The translations under genes were made by a program, and so were the position numbers. A model generated the notes under the pieces. It ran no database searches, was not told where the DNA came from, and was given only the letters and a program-made list of their open reading frames with translations. From Eledone cirrhosa (Eukaryota), in the NCBI GenBank assembly GCA_964016885.1, contig OZ024740.1, positions 292,826,001-292,890,000 on the forward strand: a stretch of 64,000 bases of DNA, written 5' to 3'. Each line of letters starts with the position of its first letter. Position 1 is the stretch's first letter. Positions 52,478-64,000 of this stretch are shown in pieces.

Positions 52478-54038
52478 GTCTATATCATACAATGTTGACA
52501 AAATCTATAAATGCTATTCTGTAGTTCAGAATAACATTTAGATAGTTTTGATCCACTGACTTGCTCTCCTCTTTGTTGATTACAACGCTAACAACGTTTT
52601 CGTGCCGAGACATTAGCAACAGCCGTTTACATCTGTTTCAACTTTTATTACATAGTAACTTATTGTTTAATACTGTTGTGTACTAAGTATCACTATGGCG
52701 AGGGCATGGCATTTTTTGTGGTCAAGGTAAACATCTCGAGTGTCCTTCTTGTGGGGTCGATAAAATATTAGCCATTATTGGGTTCGATATAATCGATTGT
52801 ACACTCCCTGAAAATTCGTAACAGTGAGCTAATCATTTAAGTAGCTACAGCGTGAGATATAAAGTACAGTGTTAATTGTGTACAACGTGTAGCATTGGCG
52901 TCAAGTTAACGCTTGAATCCATTTTGTTTTAATTACGTTGCTGATGTCCTGGTAAAACATTTTCCCGTTTAACTAATTATAAGGAAATGCTACACACATT
53001 GTATCTGAAGGACCATGATATATATATGTAGGAAAAAAAATCAAAGAGGAAATTTCTATGTGGTTGTTTCATGTGCTAGAAATAGCAGTGAAATCTCCCT
53101 AAAGCCACATCCTATTAGTTTAGAAAGAAGGACACACTGGTTGATGTGATTATACATGCACTGTATTTTGCATAAAAACGGGATAATACTAGCTTCGAGA
53201 GAATTGATCTTGGGCTTGATCGGGGTATTTTTGAGTTTCAGGTCTGAATAGAAGTGTTGAAAAAATATCTAGTGTGGTGTAAGAGGGTTAAATACAGTAT
53301 ATATTTAAGCAAAACTTGCATACCGCTTACCAATTCATATGAACGGAAGTTATAGAAGAAGCGTTGCTAGAAGCAGAATAAAGAAACGGGTCATGTTTTA
53401 ACCAGTGGTTGCCGAGTAATAGGTTAGTAGGGGCAGTGGAACTAGGAGGGGACAGGAGGGGTGGTGGTCATGGACCCCTAATTATTACATTTTTCTCCCC
53501 AAACTACCAAAACACACATCTATTTGTATATGCGCTACAATTTATGTACATGTTATGTAGAGACAGATGAGAGATATAGATATAGATATAGAGAGGGGCA
53601 GCGTTTGGTGGTAATTGATATAGAGTGAGAAGAGTGATAGAGATAGGTATTGATAGATATATATGGAGAGTTTGGTAGTGATTGATAGAGTGAGAGGGAA
53701 TGAGAGAGTGTTGTGTGGTAGATATAGAGGGGGTGAGAGTTTGGTGGTAATTGATATAGTGAGGGAGTTTGAGAGAGTGTGTTGTATATTAGATATATAT
53801 TTCTATTTATTTGCCACCAGGGCATCAAAGATTGGGACAAATACAAAGGGGGGAGTTTACATACATTTAAAAAGACGTGTAAAAAACATATAACAAATTA
53901 AATTTAACAATCGATGTCCTCAATAGGGAGGGGCGTTGACATGGGTCGCACACACCCCCGAAAAAATGTGCAACCCTCCTCTTCAGGAGCACAAAGAGCG
54001 GGTGCTTCCTTCCTCTTCTCATTCTTCTCCTCTCTCAC

Positions 54039-57000
54039 CTACAGGCTGATATAGAGAGAAGGCCCATTCACTCGGGCCATTCTCGCTACTTTCACCCACC
54101 TTTCATAAAACTTGCTGGGGTAGAGCACCTCTCTCTCCATTCTGATCCTTCTTCTAAAGTGGTACTTGAAAAAAAAGACCAGTTGTTGGCCGGAGAGAAA
54201 GGTGTCTGACCTCAGCCCTTTCAACCTTGTCCACCATACAACTTATTTTGACATGGCTATCACACAGAGGAAAACCGCCTCTCCTTCGTTTTTGAAAGGG
54301 GGAGGCGGTTTGATCGTGACAATGTTCTCGGTGGTTAACCGGATTGGTCCCACCCGCGACAGTAGTCGTTCTACATAGCCCCACAGGTCAGCAACGCCCG
54401 GGCAGTGTACGAATGCGTGTGCGACGGTTTCCTCGTCACGCACGCATCTTGGACAGATCTTCGAGGGGTCTCTACCCGGGCGCCCGTGTCTGTAGAGCTT
54501 GTCCCGAACGGGTAGAGCTCCTCGGTAACATTGCCAAGCCAGGGACTTTTGGAAGTTGTCCATCGGTCCCGGGCCAAACGTCCTACCGAACAGACTGGCC
54601 AGCTCGTCTTCCTCCATGCCCAGAGCTTCTCCGAGAGCGTCGTCGCACTTACTGCGCACCAACCCTCTATAGAATGTTGAGGTTGAGTCTCCACTGATTG
54701 CCGGATCCGCTTGCCAGAAGGCCGTGAGCGCCTGGGCACATTCAATGTGCCAGTCGCCCACTTTTCTCGGTCTTTGCTTGACCCAGGATTGCAGCTCGGT
54801 GAGTGAGACGAGTCTCGGAAAGGCTCGCCTCACAAACAGGGCCCACACCGACTGACCGTTGAGGAATACCTGGAGGTGCCGTAGCCTTAATGCGTGTCTA
54901 CGCATCGTCAGCCACGGCGTCCCCAGCCCTCCGTTCGAAGGGTGTTGACAGCAGATGGATCTTCTCACCAAAGGAGCCCGCTTCTTCCAAAGAAATCGGA
55001 AGAGCGCGCGCTCCATTTTGGCGAGTGTTTTCTCTGGGCAAGGCACGACGGTCAAGCGGTAGTAGATGACGGACGCTATATAAGCATTCGCCACCTCCGC
55101 TCGACCTTTCAGGGATAGTTTGCACTCGGCCCACTTCTGGGCGAGTGCAAACACCTTGCCCGTTACCTCGTCCCAGTTTTTCTCCACCTGGAGGTCCGGT
55201 CCGAACCAAACCCCGAGCAGCTTCACCGGTCCCTCCATCCAGCGTCCGACGATGCCGTCGGAGGGCATCGTTTTGCCACTCCACGTCCCGAGTTGCAAAC
55301 CGACGGACTTGTCCCGGTTCAGCTTGGCTCCTGTGAACCTTTCATATTCCTCCAGTAAGGTGCCGATCTGCCCGATTTCCGAGGCGCACGACACCATTAC
55401 TGTCACGTCATCGGCGTAGGCCGACACCGCTTTCCGCAATCCCGGTTCCAAGGGGATGCTCTGCAACAGCTCCAGCTTCCGCAGTAGTGGCTCGAGAGCC
55501 AGCACATACAGGAGGGAGGAGAGAGGGCATCCCTGTCGAATGGATCGCGTGATTTGGAACGGCTCCGAGATGTAGCCGTTCACCTTGACCTTCGAGCAGG
55601 TGTTGCTGCTGTGCATTGCAGCAATCCAGCCCCTGAAAACGGGTCCGAAGCCTGCCGCCGCGAGCACCGCATCCAGGTACCGATGGTCAACCCTATCGAA
55701 TGCTTTAGATTGATCCAAGTTGATCAGGGCTCCACCAAAGCCGGGTTCGTTCCCTACCCTCTCTACGATGTATCGCATGAGGTGGAGGTTGTCGTGTATG
55801 GACCTGGACGGGATTGCGCATGTCTGCGCTTCTCCCACCAGGTTCCCGACGACAAGCGCCAACCTCTTCGCTAACACCTTGGCCAAAATCTTTAACTCTG
55901 TGTTTAGCAGAGTTATGGGCCTGAAGTTATCTATGTCATCCCCCTTGTTCTCGTCCTTCCTCACCAGCGTGACTACGCCCTTGGTCACAGAACTGGGAAT
56001 TCTCCCGTTCTGTTACCAGTTGCAGTAGACCGCCTCGAGGAGACCGGAGAACAAGCCCGGCATCGCTACATAAAGTTCGTATGGTAGACCATCGAGACCC
56101 GGAGATTTGCGTTTGCTGCATTGGCTCAACGCTTCCACTATTTCAGCGGCCTCTCGCAGGACTTCGCCTCCCCGTCCGAGAGCCGGGCCAGACCGTCGAG
56201 GTATGGACCGAAATCCATGGCCCCACCCGGCCCGCCGCCCCTCCCGAACAGTCGTGCAAAGCGCCGTTGAAAGGCCGCGCTCATCCGCTCAGGTTCAAGG
56301 ATCACGCGTCCATCCTGCTCCTTCAAAGACCGAATCGTGGACTTGTTTCCACTTTTTGCCTCTGTCACTCGGGCCCAGCTAACAGCTTTGGCTCCCTCGT
56401 TACCCAGAGCACGTATTTTACTCCTGACAACGCAGCCCTCGTGCTTCGCATCAAAGAACTGGTCTAGGGCCGTTCTTGACGCCAGCACGCCGGCCACGTT
56501 GCCACTCCTAATCGCCTCTTCTACTCTATTTCTTAATTCCCTTTCAGTTCTATTCCTATCTGATTCTAATTCCCAACTAAAATCTATCGATTATATTCTA
56601 ATTTCTCTCTTGAGAGAGCCCCACCACCTGTTGTTGTCAATTGCCCCCGTCAAACACTGCTTAACTAGTGTGCTAATCCGCTTACTGTAAGCTTTGTTTG
56701 TCGGTAAAGACAAGTTTAGCTTCCAGTAACCGGGTCCCTGTCTATGAGTTCTATCAAGGTTGACCACTCCGGTCACCAACTTGTGATCCGAATAGTCAAC
56801 CATGAACATTCGTGGACAGCTTAATATGTCCCTATCCTTATTTCTAACTAGGAACCTATCTAGGTACGACCTAGATGTTCCGCTGCGATTACTCCACGTC
56901 CACCGTGGCACAGTCGGAAAATCAAGTCGATATCTATCGGCCAGATCAAATCGGCCGATTAATCGTTTGAGGCTGTTACACCCCCCTCTATCGGGACATG

Positions 57001-57463
57001 CCCCTACATAGTCCCAACGTGCATCCAGGATACCATTCCAGTCCCCCACTAAAAGCAAGGGGCGAGACGTTCCCAGGAAATTCTCCAGGCGTCGGAAGAA
57101 GTCCGGTCGCGGTGTCCCAGATGGGGCATACGCTGCCACCAGCCTGAAAGCTCCACCTTCAGCACTGCCGACGTCTAAAACCACCAGTCGACCCTCCGGG
57201 TCCAGGTGTACCTTTTGTGTGGCAAGACCCAGGTATTTTCGCAGCAGAACGACAACCCCACCCCCATCCCTCGGCTGACAGAGCGATGCGTAGATCTCAA
57301 AGTCGTCGAAGATGGGGGCCAGTTGGCGCTCGCTGCTGATCCTGGACTCGCAAATAACCATTACATCCACTCTGTGCGACCTGAGGTCATTTAAGAGTTT
57401 ACCCTGTTTCCAGGACATCCCCAGGCCGCGTGCATTCACACATCCAACTCTTATATTGGCCAT
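54039..57463 (-). pseudogene. ORF2 of Tx1-like copy 2, disrupted
   Basis: APE (56591..57463) and RT with QGCPLS/YADD plus zinc finger (54243..55988). Stops and frameshifts between segments. Confidence 0.9.
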
Positions 57464-57506
57464 GTTGGTGCTGAAGAGGTAAAAAAGGAAGAGGAAAGGA
57501 AATTAC

Positions 57507-59145
57507 TTACCTCTTCGTCTCCTGGGGACCAGGCTGCACAATTCCCATGGTGGTGTTGGAAGGGTTGTTTGGTGGGGTGGTGGTTTGTGGTGGGGTGAGG
57601 ACATCAGTGTGTGGTGGGATTATGGTGTTTGGTGGGGTGTGGGTGTCTGGTGTGGGGGTGGGGAAACATTTCAATAGGACGCTGTTATGTGGTTTGGTGC
57701 AGTTGGTCCCCACATGCATTGGATGGTTCTTTTTCAAAGTTACATAGGTTTCCGTTGGGACCCTAATCATCATTAGGTGCGGTTTGTTCGCTGCGTAGGT
57801 GAAAGTGATCCCTTCGGTTTATTTGTGATGTTTGTTCTGTTTGTGCTGGTGGTTGTGTGTTTGTGGCATTTTTGTTAATGTGGTGCTTTTTTTTTTTCCT
57901 TTTCACCTGTTGAAAGGGTTCTCCCTCGTCGTCACTGGGTGACGTTGATACGGAGTCCTCTTCTGTGTTGTTGGGGAGGGGTATATTTTGGGGTTTTGTT
58001 GTGGTTGCTTTTGTATTTGTTTTAGGTGGGGAGGGGTTGGGTGGAACAGTGTTTTGTGTTGTTATTTTTCCGTGTTGTTGTGGTTGTTGTTGTTGTTGTG
58101 GTGGTGGTGGTGGTAGTGGTGGTGGTGGTTGTGTTGTTGTGTTCGGGGTTGGCAGAAGAGCCTTTTTTTTTTTACTCGTTAATTGAGGACAGGCAGCCCT
58201 CAGGTGACCCCTGCTTAAGCAGTGGTAACATGACGGCCGCCTTCCCTCCACTGAAATGTTTATATAAGTTATCCCGTCCAGAGGCACGCGTTGTGGAATA
58301 TTCGCTATTCGTTCTGGGCTCATTTGCACCAGAACTTCTACGGTGGTCCCACCAAATACACCCCCGGAGGACTTTCCTATTGAAATTATCTTGTCTTCGT
58401 CAAAGTTAATGATTCCACATAGTATCCACCAAATATTTACATTTGGTGTGATACTCATTATTTTTATTCTTTGTGTCCTTTTCCCCTGTATGTGGGGTAA
58501 AAGGTGAAGCGGGGGGACACAATGGGTGCTACCGAGTACTTTTGAACTGTTGACTGGTTGTTCATTAGCACCGAAATGCTACCAAACAGTTTACCTTTTT
58601 GTATGAAGGTTAAGTCCTTCATTGCATCTTTTAGAACCAGCTCAATTTCATTTTGTGATAATTGAGCTGGTTTTCATATTTCGTTCGATATTGTCCTGAA
58701 AACTGTGGTTTTCAGGACAGCCTCTCTACGTAATTCCTGTAGAGAATTGATGCTAAAATCACCGTTTTCGCCAAAAGTCACGAATTGTTTTGCGTCTTGT
58801 AATAGTTGTTTAGCATTTGTTATGTCTATTAGCGTGTATAGTTCGTTTTTTTTTTACGGTCTGTGCGAATGTTGTTTTGGTGTTGTTGTATTTTTTGTTA
58901 CTGTCACTGTTGGTAATATTGGTGTTGCTATTGTTGCAGTTGTTGGTTGTGGTGTTATTGTCATTGTTCTTGTTGTTGGTGCTGCTATTATTTACCGGGT
59001 TTGGTTTCGTGGTTTCAATATTTTCAACGTTTTTCGATAATGCGAGGGGGGAAGGCTGCAAGCTTTGTACTCCTACCTTCCCTCCACCACTTTTCTTAGT
59101 GGGCGTGGCACTCACGACAGTGTGCGAGGTTGAAATGGCATCCAT
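57507..59145 (-). pseudogene. ORF1 of Tx1-like copy 2, disrupted
   Basis: INISVEGRRPSCYHCLSRGHLRAAC knuckle, split over 58810..59145, 57763..58458 and 57507..57773. Confidence 0.75.
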
Positions 59146-59346
59146 TGCTGACTACCAAGTCTACACAGTTTTGAGATGAAAATGAAAATTTCGCCCCAGA
59201 AAGGGGCGAAAATTAGTTGACTCAACGTCCGAAGGCCCAGGCAAGGGGTTAAACTAAACAATGCTATTAAATTGAGCAATGAACTCACAGTTCTTTTGAC
59301 AATAATCCGTAAAAATCCGGAGCGAAGTAATTCACGTCTATATCAA

Positions 59347-60278
59347 GTGGTAATTGATATAGAGTGAGAAGAGTGATATAGATAGGTATTGATAGATATA
59401 GAAAGGGGGAGAGTTTGGTAGTGATTGATAGAGTGAGAGGGAATGAGAGAGTGTTGTGTGGTAGATATAGAGGGGGTGAGAGTTTGGTGGTAATTGATAT
59501 AGTGAGGGAGTTTGAGAGAGTTTGTTGTATATTAGATATAGAGAGGGGGGTTGCTGTTTATTGATATAGAAAGGGTATTGGAAAAGAGTGCCATGTAGTA
59601 GATATAGAGAGGGGAGAGTTTGGTGCTAATTCATACAGAGAGGGGGCTTGGAAGAGAATTCCGTGTAGTAGATATAGATGGGGAGAGTTTGGTGTTAATT
59701 GATATAGAGAGTTGAATTGGGAAAGTATGTTGTATGGTTGAAATAGAGACGGTGAGAGTTTGGTAGTGATAGATAGAGTTAAATAGAAGATAGGGGACTG
59801 GAAGAGTGTGTTGTATATTAGTTATAGAGAGGGGGATTGGTGTTTATTGATATAGAGAGGGGGATTGGAAGAAAGTTCCGTATAGTAGATATACAGAGTT
59901 CCGTGTACTATATATAGAGAAGGGCAGAGTTTGGTGTTTATTGATATAGAGAGGGTTATTAGAAGTGAGTACTGTGAAGTAGATAAAGAGAGGGGGATTG
60001 TAGTTCTACAGATAGGGATAATGGGAGAGTGTCGTGTAGTAGATATAAAAGGTGAGAGTTTAGGTGTGATTGATATAGAGAGGGGGATTGGGCGAGATAA
60101 GTGTAGATATTTATAGTGAGTGAGAGAGTGTATTAGTTTTCAATATAGAGAGTGGGATAAGAGAGGCGGTGTCGTAATAGATATATAGAGAGGGTAGAGA
60201 CTGGTTTTAGTAGATACAGACAGGGGGATTAAAAGAGAGTTTTGTGTGATAGACATAGAGAAGATGAGAGTTTGGAGC
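59347..60278. repeat. Degenerate purine-rich minisatellite (gatatagagagggg...tttggtg units), continuing 53555-53797
   Basis: Direct inspection. Confidence 0.75.
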
Positions 60279-60727
60279 CACTCGGATCCCAAAAAATAGA
60301 AGTGGTAATAATGAGGGAAGGGTTGGGAAATCAGTAATTGTATAGTGTACGTTCGTAAATATGGGATTTCTTGTAATGTTCTTCTTTTGTCATATATAAT
60401 GTTTTTTTTAATGTAAAATAGAATTATTATTAGATTCTCCAGCTGCTGTATCAATACGAATCACCTACAATAAAATTTCGCCGGAGATAGATTAACAAAA
60501 TTTGATAAGCGGGTGGGGTGTGTGGGTGGAATAAAAACCAAGACGGCGTGTGGAAAAAATTAATAAGCGTGGGTTGGTGACAATTATTCAAGAGTACGAG
60601 AATTATTGAAATGCGTAAAAATGAAAACTCAATAGCGAAGTAGAGTTTAAATATTCATTTATTATGGCTAAGCCTTGTTACTCTGGAGTATCACCTGCGT
60701 ACTCACCAGACAAGACTGGTGATCCTG

Positions 60728-60869
60728 TGAGTAACCTCATTTGCATACCAAGCGAGTTACGGCTGGCTTTGTCGAAGACTAAAAATAAAATTAGAATTTA
60801 TTTTTATTTTATTTTTAGTTTTCGGCAGGGTCAGCCGTAACTCACTCAGTATGCAAATGAGGCTACTCA
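60728..60869. repeat. Inverted repeat with ~64-bp arms
   Basis: tgagtaacctcatttgcata...ctaaaaataaaat and its reverse complement, differing only by transitions. Confidence 0.8.
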
Positions 60870-60908
60870 GTCGATGTGTACTTAAGAAAATACTATATAT
60901 TTTCAACC

Positions 60909-60995
60909 GTTCAACACATTGGCAGAGGTATACAGTCCTGACGAAAGGTAATGACCCCGAAACATGTTGATTGTTCCTCCATGCCAGTGTTGAAC
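60909..60995 (+). ncRNA. Type I hammerhead motif with extended stem I
   Basis: gttcaacac.tggca.gagg.acagtc-CTGACGA-aaggtaatgacccc-GAAA-catg-TT-gattgt.cctc.tgcca.gtgttgaac. Palindromic stem III ACATGT. Stem II base mismatched. Confidence 0.7.
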
Positions 60996-63900
60996 AAACG
61001 GATGATGATTGTCATCGGCACGGCACAGCTTTAATCGGGCTGTTTGTTTACAAACGAATCGAATATCATGTAATATGTCCTTTATAATCTGCCATTTCTA
61101 ATAGGTCAAGCGACAATGTAGAGGCATTCTCGTTGGTTCATTATCATTTTTTATCTAAAGGTATTCCATTGTTATGCTTTTAATTAACCAGTTAAAAAGA
61201 TACATTACTTCCTAGACATCAACTTAATCATTCCTCTATTGCTAGTAGTGTATGTGACGTTGACAAGACAGCGGCACGAGATACTTCCGGTGAAATAGAG
61301 TAACACCACATGGCCTTTGCCTCGTAATTATAGAATAAATAAACAACAAAAAATAATAAAGAAATCATTAATACTCTTTTAGAGTATATTCTTTCTCAAA
61401 CAAAACATAAACATAGATGACTGGATGTAACTGGTTGCTATGACAACTACCTCAGAGCTATTATACTTTAAAGCAACATGCCAATTGTTTATCAGCGGGG
61501 AATATTCCATTCATTACACTTTATGACAATAACCATCAACAGGATTGCTATCTAAACCACCACAACAAATATCACTATCATAGCCAAATCATAACATTAA
61601 CAACTGACAACAACTATCAACAACATCAATCATCTCTGTTTTCTTACTATCTGTTTTTCGTTTATTATATAGTAAGGCTCACAGCAGGTTGTGAGAATTG
61701 TGTAAATTGAGAATGTACGTCTCAACTTTTCTTGATTGTATTAATAACGTTTGATTAAACATTCAGCAATGTAGTGATGGACTGAATGACATGTGTTACA
61801 ATAATTCTAATTTAACTGAAATTTTAAGCTCCTAAATGGAAACAGAAAACAAAAACCTAGCAGAAAATATTAGCAAATCTCAAATATAAGGGAAGATAAT
61901 TCCATGAAATTATGAATTAATTCAACAGAAAATTATAAACTTTTACGCTTAGGGAAAAATCGGACCTTTTCATTGCTATTTAAAAGAGGCAAAAACTATA
62001 TCTGTCCGTCAATGAATTATTAACTATTTAAACTGGCTATTAGAGCTGTATCAGGTTGAGTTAAAGAGTGTCGAAGGTTTATATTACTAGTACTGCATAA
62101 TTATCAATTATTATGTATGAATGGAATCATAGCGCCAGCTGGGGTTGTATTGGCGCTGTCTTGGGCACTTTAAAGCTGGCGACGCCCATCCTCTCTTCTG
62201 GTCGGAATACAGCTGATTTCCTCTAGAATGGGAGGAAGTGAGAAAATAGATAGAGAATGAATTGACCATAGTACTAGACCGGTATTTTTTAAAAATCATC
62301 TTCGGAAGGTTGAAAGGCAAGTTTGACATCGGTGAGATTCGAACTCAGAGAGCGCAGTGATCTAGATCGAACACCGCAAAACATTTTAACCAAAGTTGTA
62401 ACAAGTCTACCAATTCACTGCACTATATAAGTTAACAAGAAAGATACTTAATCTTTGCTATGTCAGTCAATGAAGCCCTAAGAATTCAACATATATCATT
62501 GTGACAAACAGCAGAACATTGCATAATTAACCAGGGTTACGTTAACCTAGCAAGTTCAAATTTATACAATACATAAAATAGTTTCAGCAAGGTTAACTTG
62601 ATGAGGGCAATCCAACAGGGAAAGCTCTCATCCAATCTGTCATAAATTGTATTGTCCAAATCGCCCCCATTTGGTTAGGGTTGTGTAAGGTACACCAAGC
62701 CTGAAAAAGTCTGGATGGTCATAGTTGGAATGGATTTGATTACTGGTCCGTTCAATCATCCAAATTATGGGGCTAAAGAAAATCAATAGCTACTACTTCC
62801 TAAAGAGGAAGCCTTCTGTCCTGTCTCAACCATTCAATATATTATAGAAACCATTACAGTTACTATTCTATCAAATTCTGAAATACCAACTCAACTTTCC
62901 CACATGTCTTCTTCTTCTCCTTCGTCCACTTATTCCCGATAGGGTGGTGGAAACAGTCCCTAAACACTCCTTCCAGCAGGTCCTGTCAGAAGCAACCGTC
63001 ACCTTTTCTAAAAAACCTAAAATATTTGTAATTATATATTAGATGCTTATCTGCTTCTCTATGTGTAAATCCTAGGGCAATATCCGTATTTTCACAGAAG
63101 TTTCTTTAACGTTTTTGTGAGAATATCACGTTTCAAGTTAGTTGTCATCCCTGAGCTGGTTTAAGTATGTAGAAATCCTGATAATAATTGTTTAATGTTG
63201 CAAGCAACTTATTTCTTCACACTAAAGTGTACTGGCTAAGTTTATTTAAGAAAAACAAACTGTTTACACTACTACTAATACTACAACCGTATCTCGCAAT
63301 CGAATATGACGTGGTAGAATGTACTATGCTTTCGCTAAAAGTTTTAGTTGACTATGCAGTCAAGAGCAAATGCAAACACCCTCACGTCTCTCCCTCTCAT
63401 GATCCAGCGGAACATCCAGGATGTGATATCTGCCCCAGTACTGGACTAGTATTGGATTAGTACTCTTCTTATCAACTCTGATAGGATGAAAGGCAAAGTA
63501 GATCTCAGCGGAATTTGAACTCAGAACGCAGATACTAGGAACAAATATCCAACGCGATTTATAGTCGATTATATCGACCCCAGTTTTTAGTTGATAGTTA
63601 TTTTACCGACTTTGGAAGGATACATCACAAAGCTGATCTTGAATTCAGAATGTAAAGAGACGCTGGCAAACTCTGCATAACATACTGTCTGTCCTCCACT
63701 CTCTACTGGATTTGTCAATTCATTGTTCAGTTTATATCCTCTATTTCAGTTCCTACTTGGCCTAAGCTGCTATTGTGGAATGACTTCAACTGGAATTGAC
63801 TTAAGATTTAAAACTTCCGGACAGAACTTTAACCCTGTGCATTGGACAAATTTAGTAGAGCAATTTGTATTCCTTTCGGAATAAGGTATCCGTCGAAAAA

Positions 63901-64000
63901 GTTTCTTCATTTGAACTGATATACATTTGTCAACATCTTTGTCAGCAAATGTTTCTTCTTCATATTTCTTTTATTTGTCCCCATATATTCTATTCATCAT

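Larger units (their letters stand above)
53798..59346 (-). mobile_element. Near full-length L1/Tx1-clade LINE, copy 2
   Basis: 5' UTR, ORF1, ORF2 and 3' UTR homologous to copy 1. Flanked by a ~190-bp direct repeat. Confidence 0.9.

Noticed and set aside
62111-62250. GC-richer segment after a pyrimidine tract and AG on minus, as a possible further NCX exon
   Set aside because: All three frames stop before a convincing donor and none resembles NCX.

Overview
AT-rich, microsatellite-saturated animal DNA. The SINE repertoire and composition suggest an octopus-like coleoid cephalopod (inference). The only host coding sequence I can support is two minus-strand exons (16000-16208 and 986-1221) of a Na+/Ca2+ exchanger-like gene (Calx-beta domain), so the rest is probably intron: 14.8 kb, plus at least 47.8 kb upstream with no further exon seen. 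The introns hold five insertions of one L1/Tx1-clade LINE family (two near full length), two R4/Dong-type and several RTE-type remnants, two Penelope-like (PLE) ORF remnants, tRNA-derived SINEs, DNA-transposon MITEs and two long minisatellites. The most interesting signals are: (1) about a dozen short-to-long insertions in (TA)n tracts sharing one asymmetric fold-back design (inverted arm, spacer, arm, unique tail), many with type I hammerhead ribozyme motifs, including U3-A8 core variants, and a shared tail motif YATYGAGYAC; (2) a Tx1-like LINE family inserting at TAT(C/A) sites whose apparent target-site duplications range from 13 to 20 bp up to about 190 and about 430 bp. All calls were made by eye, with no database searches.
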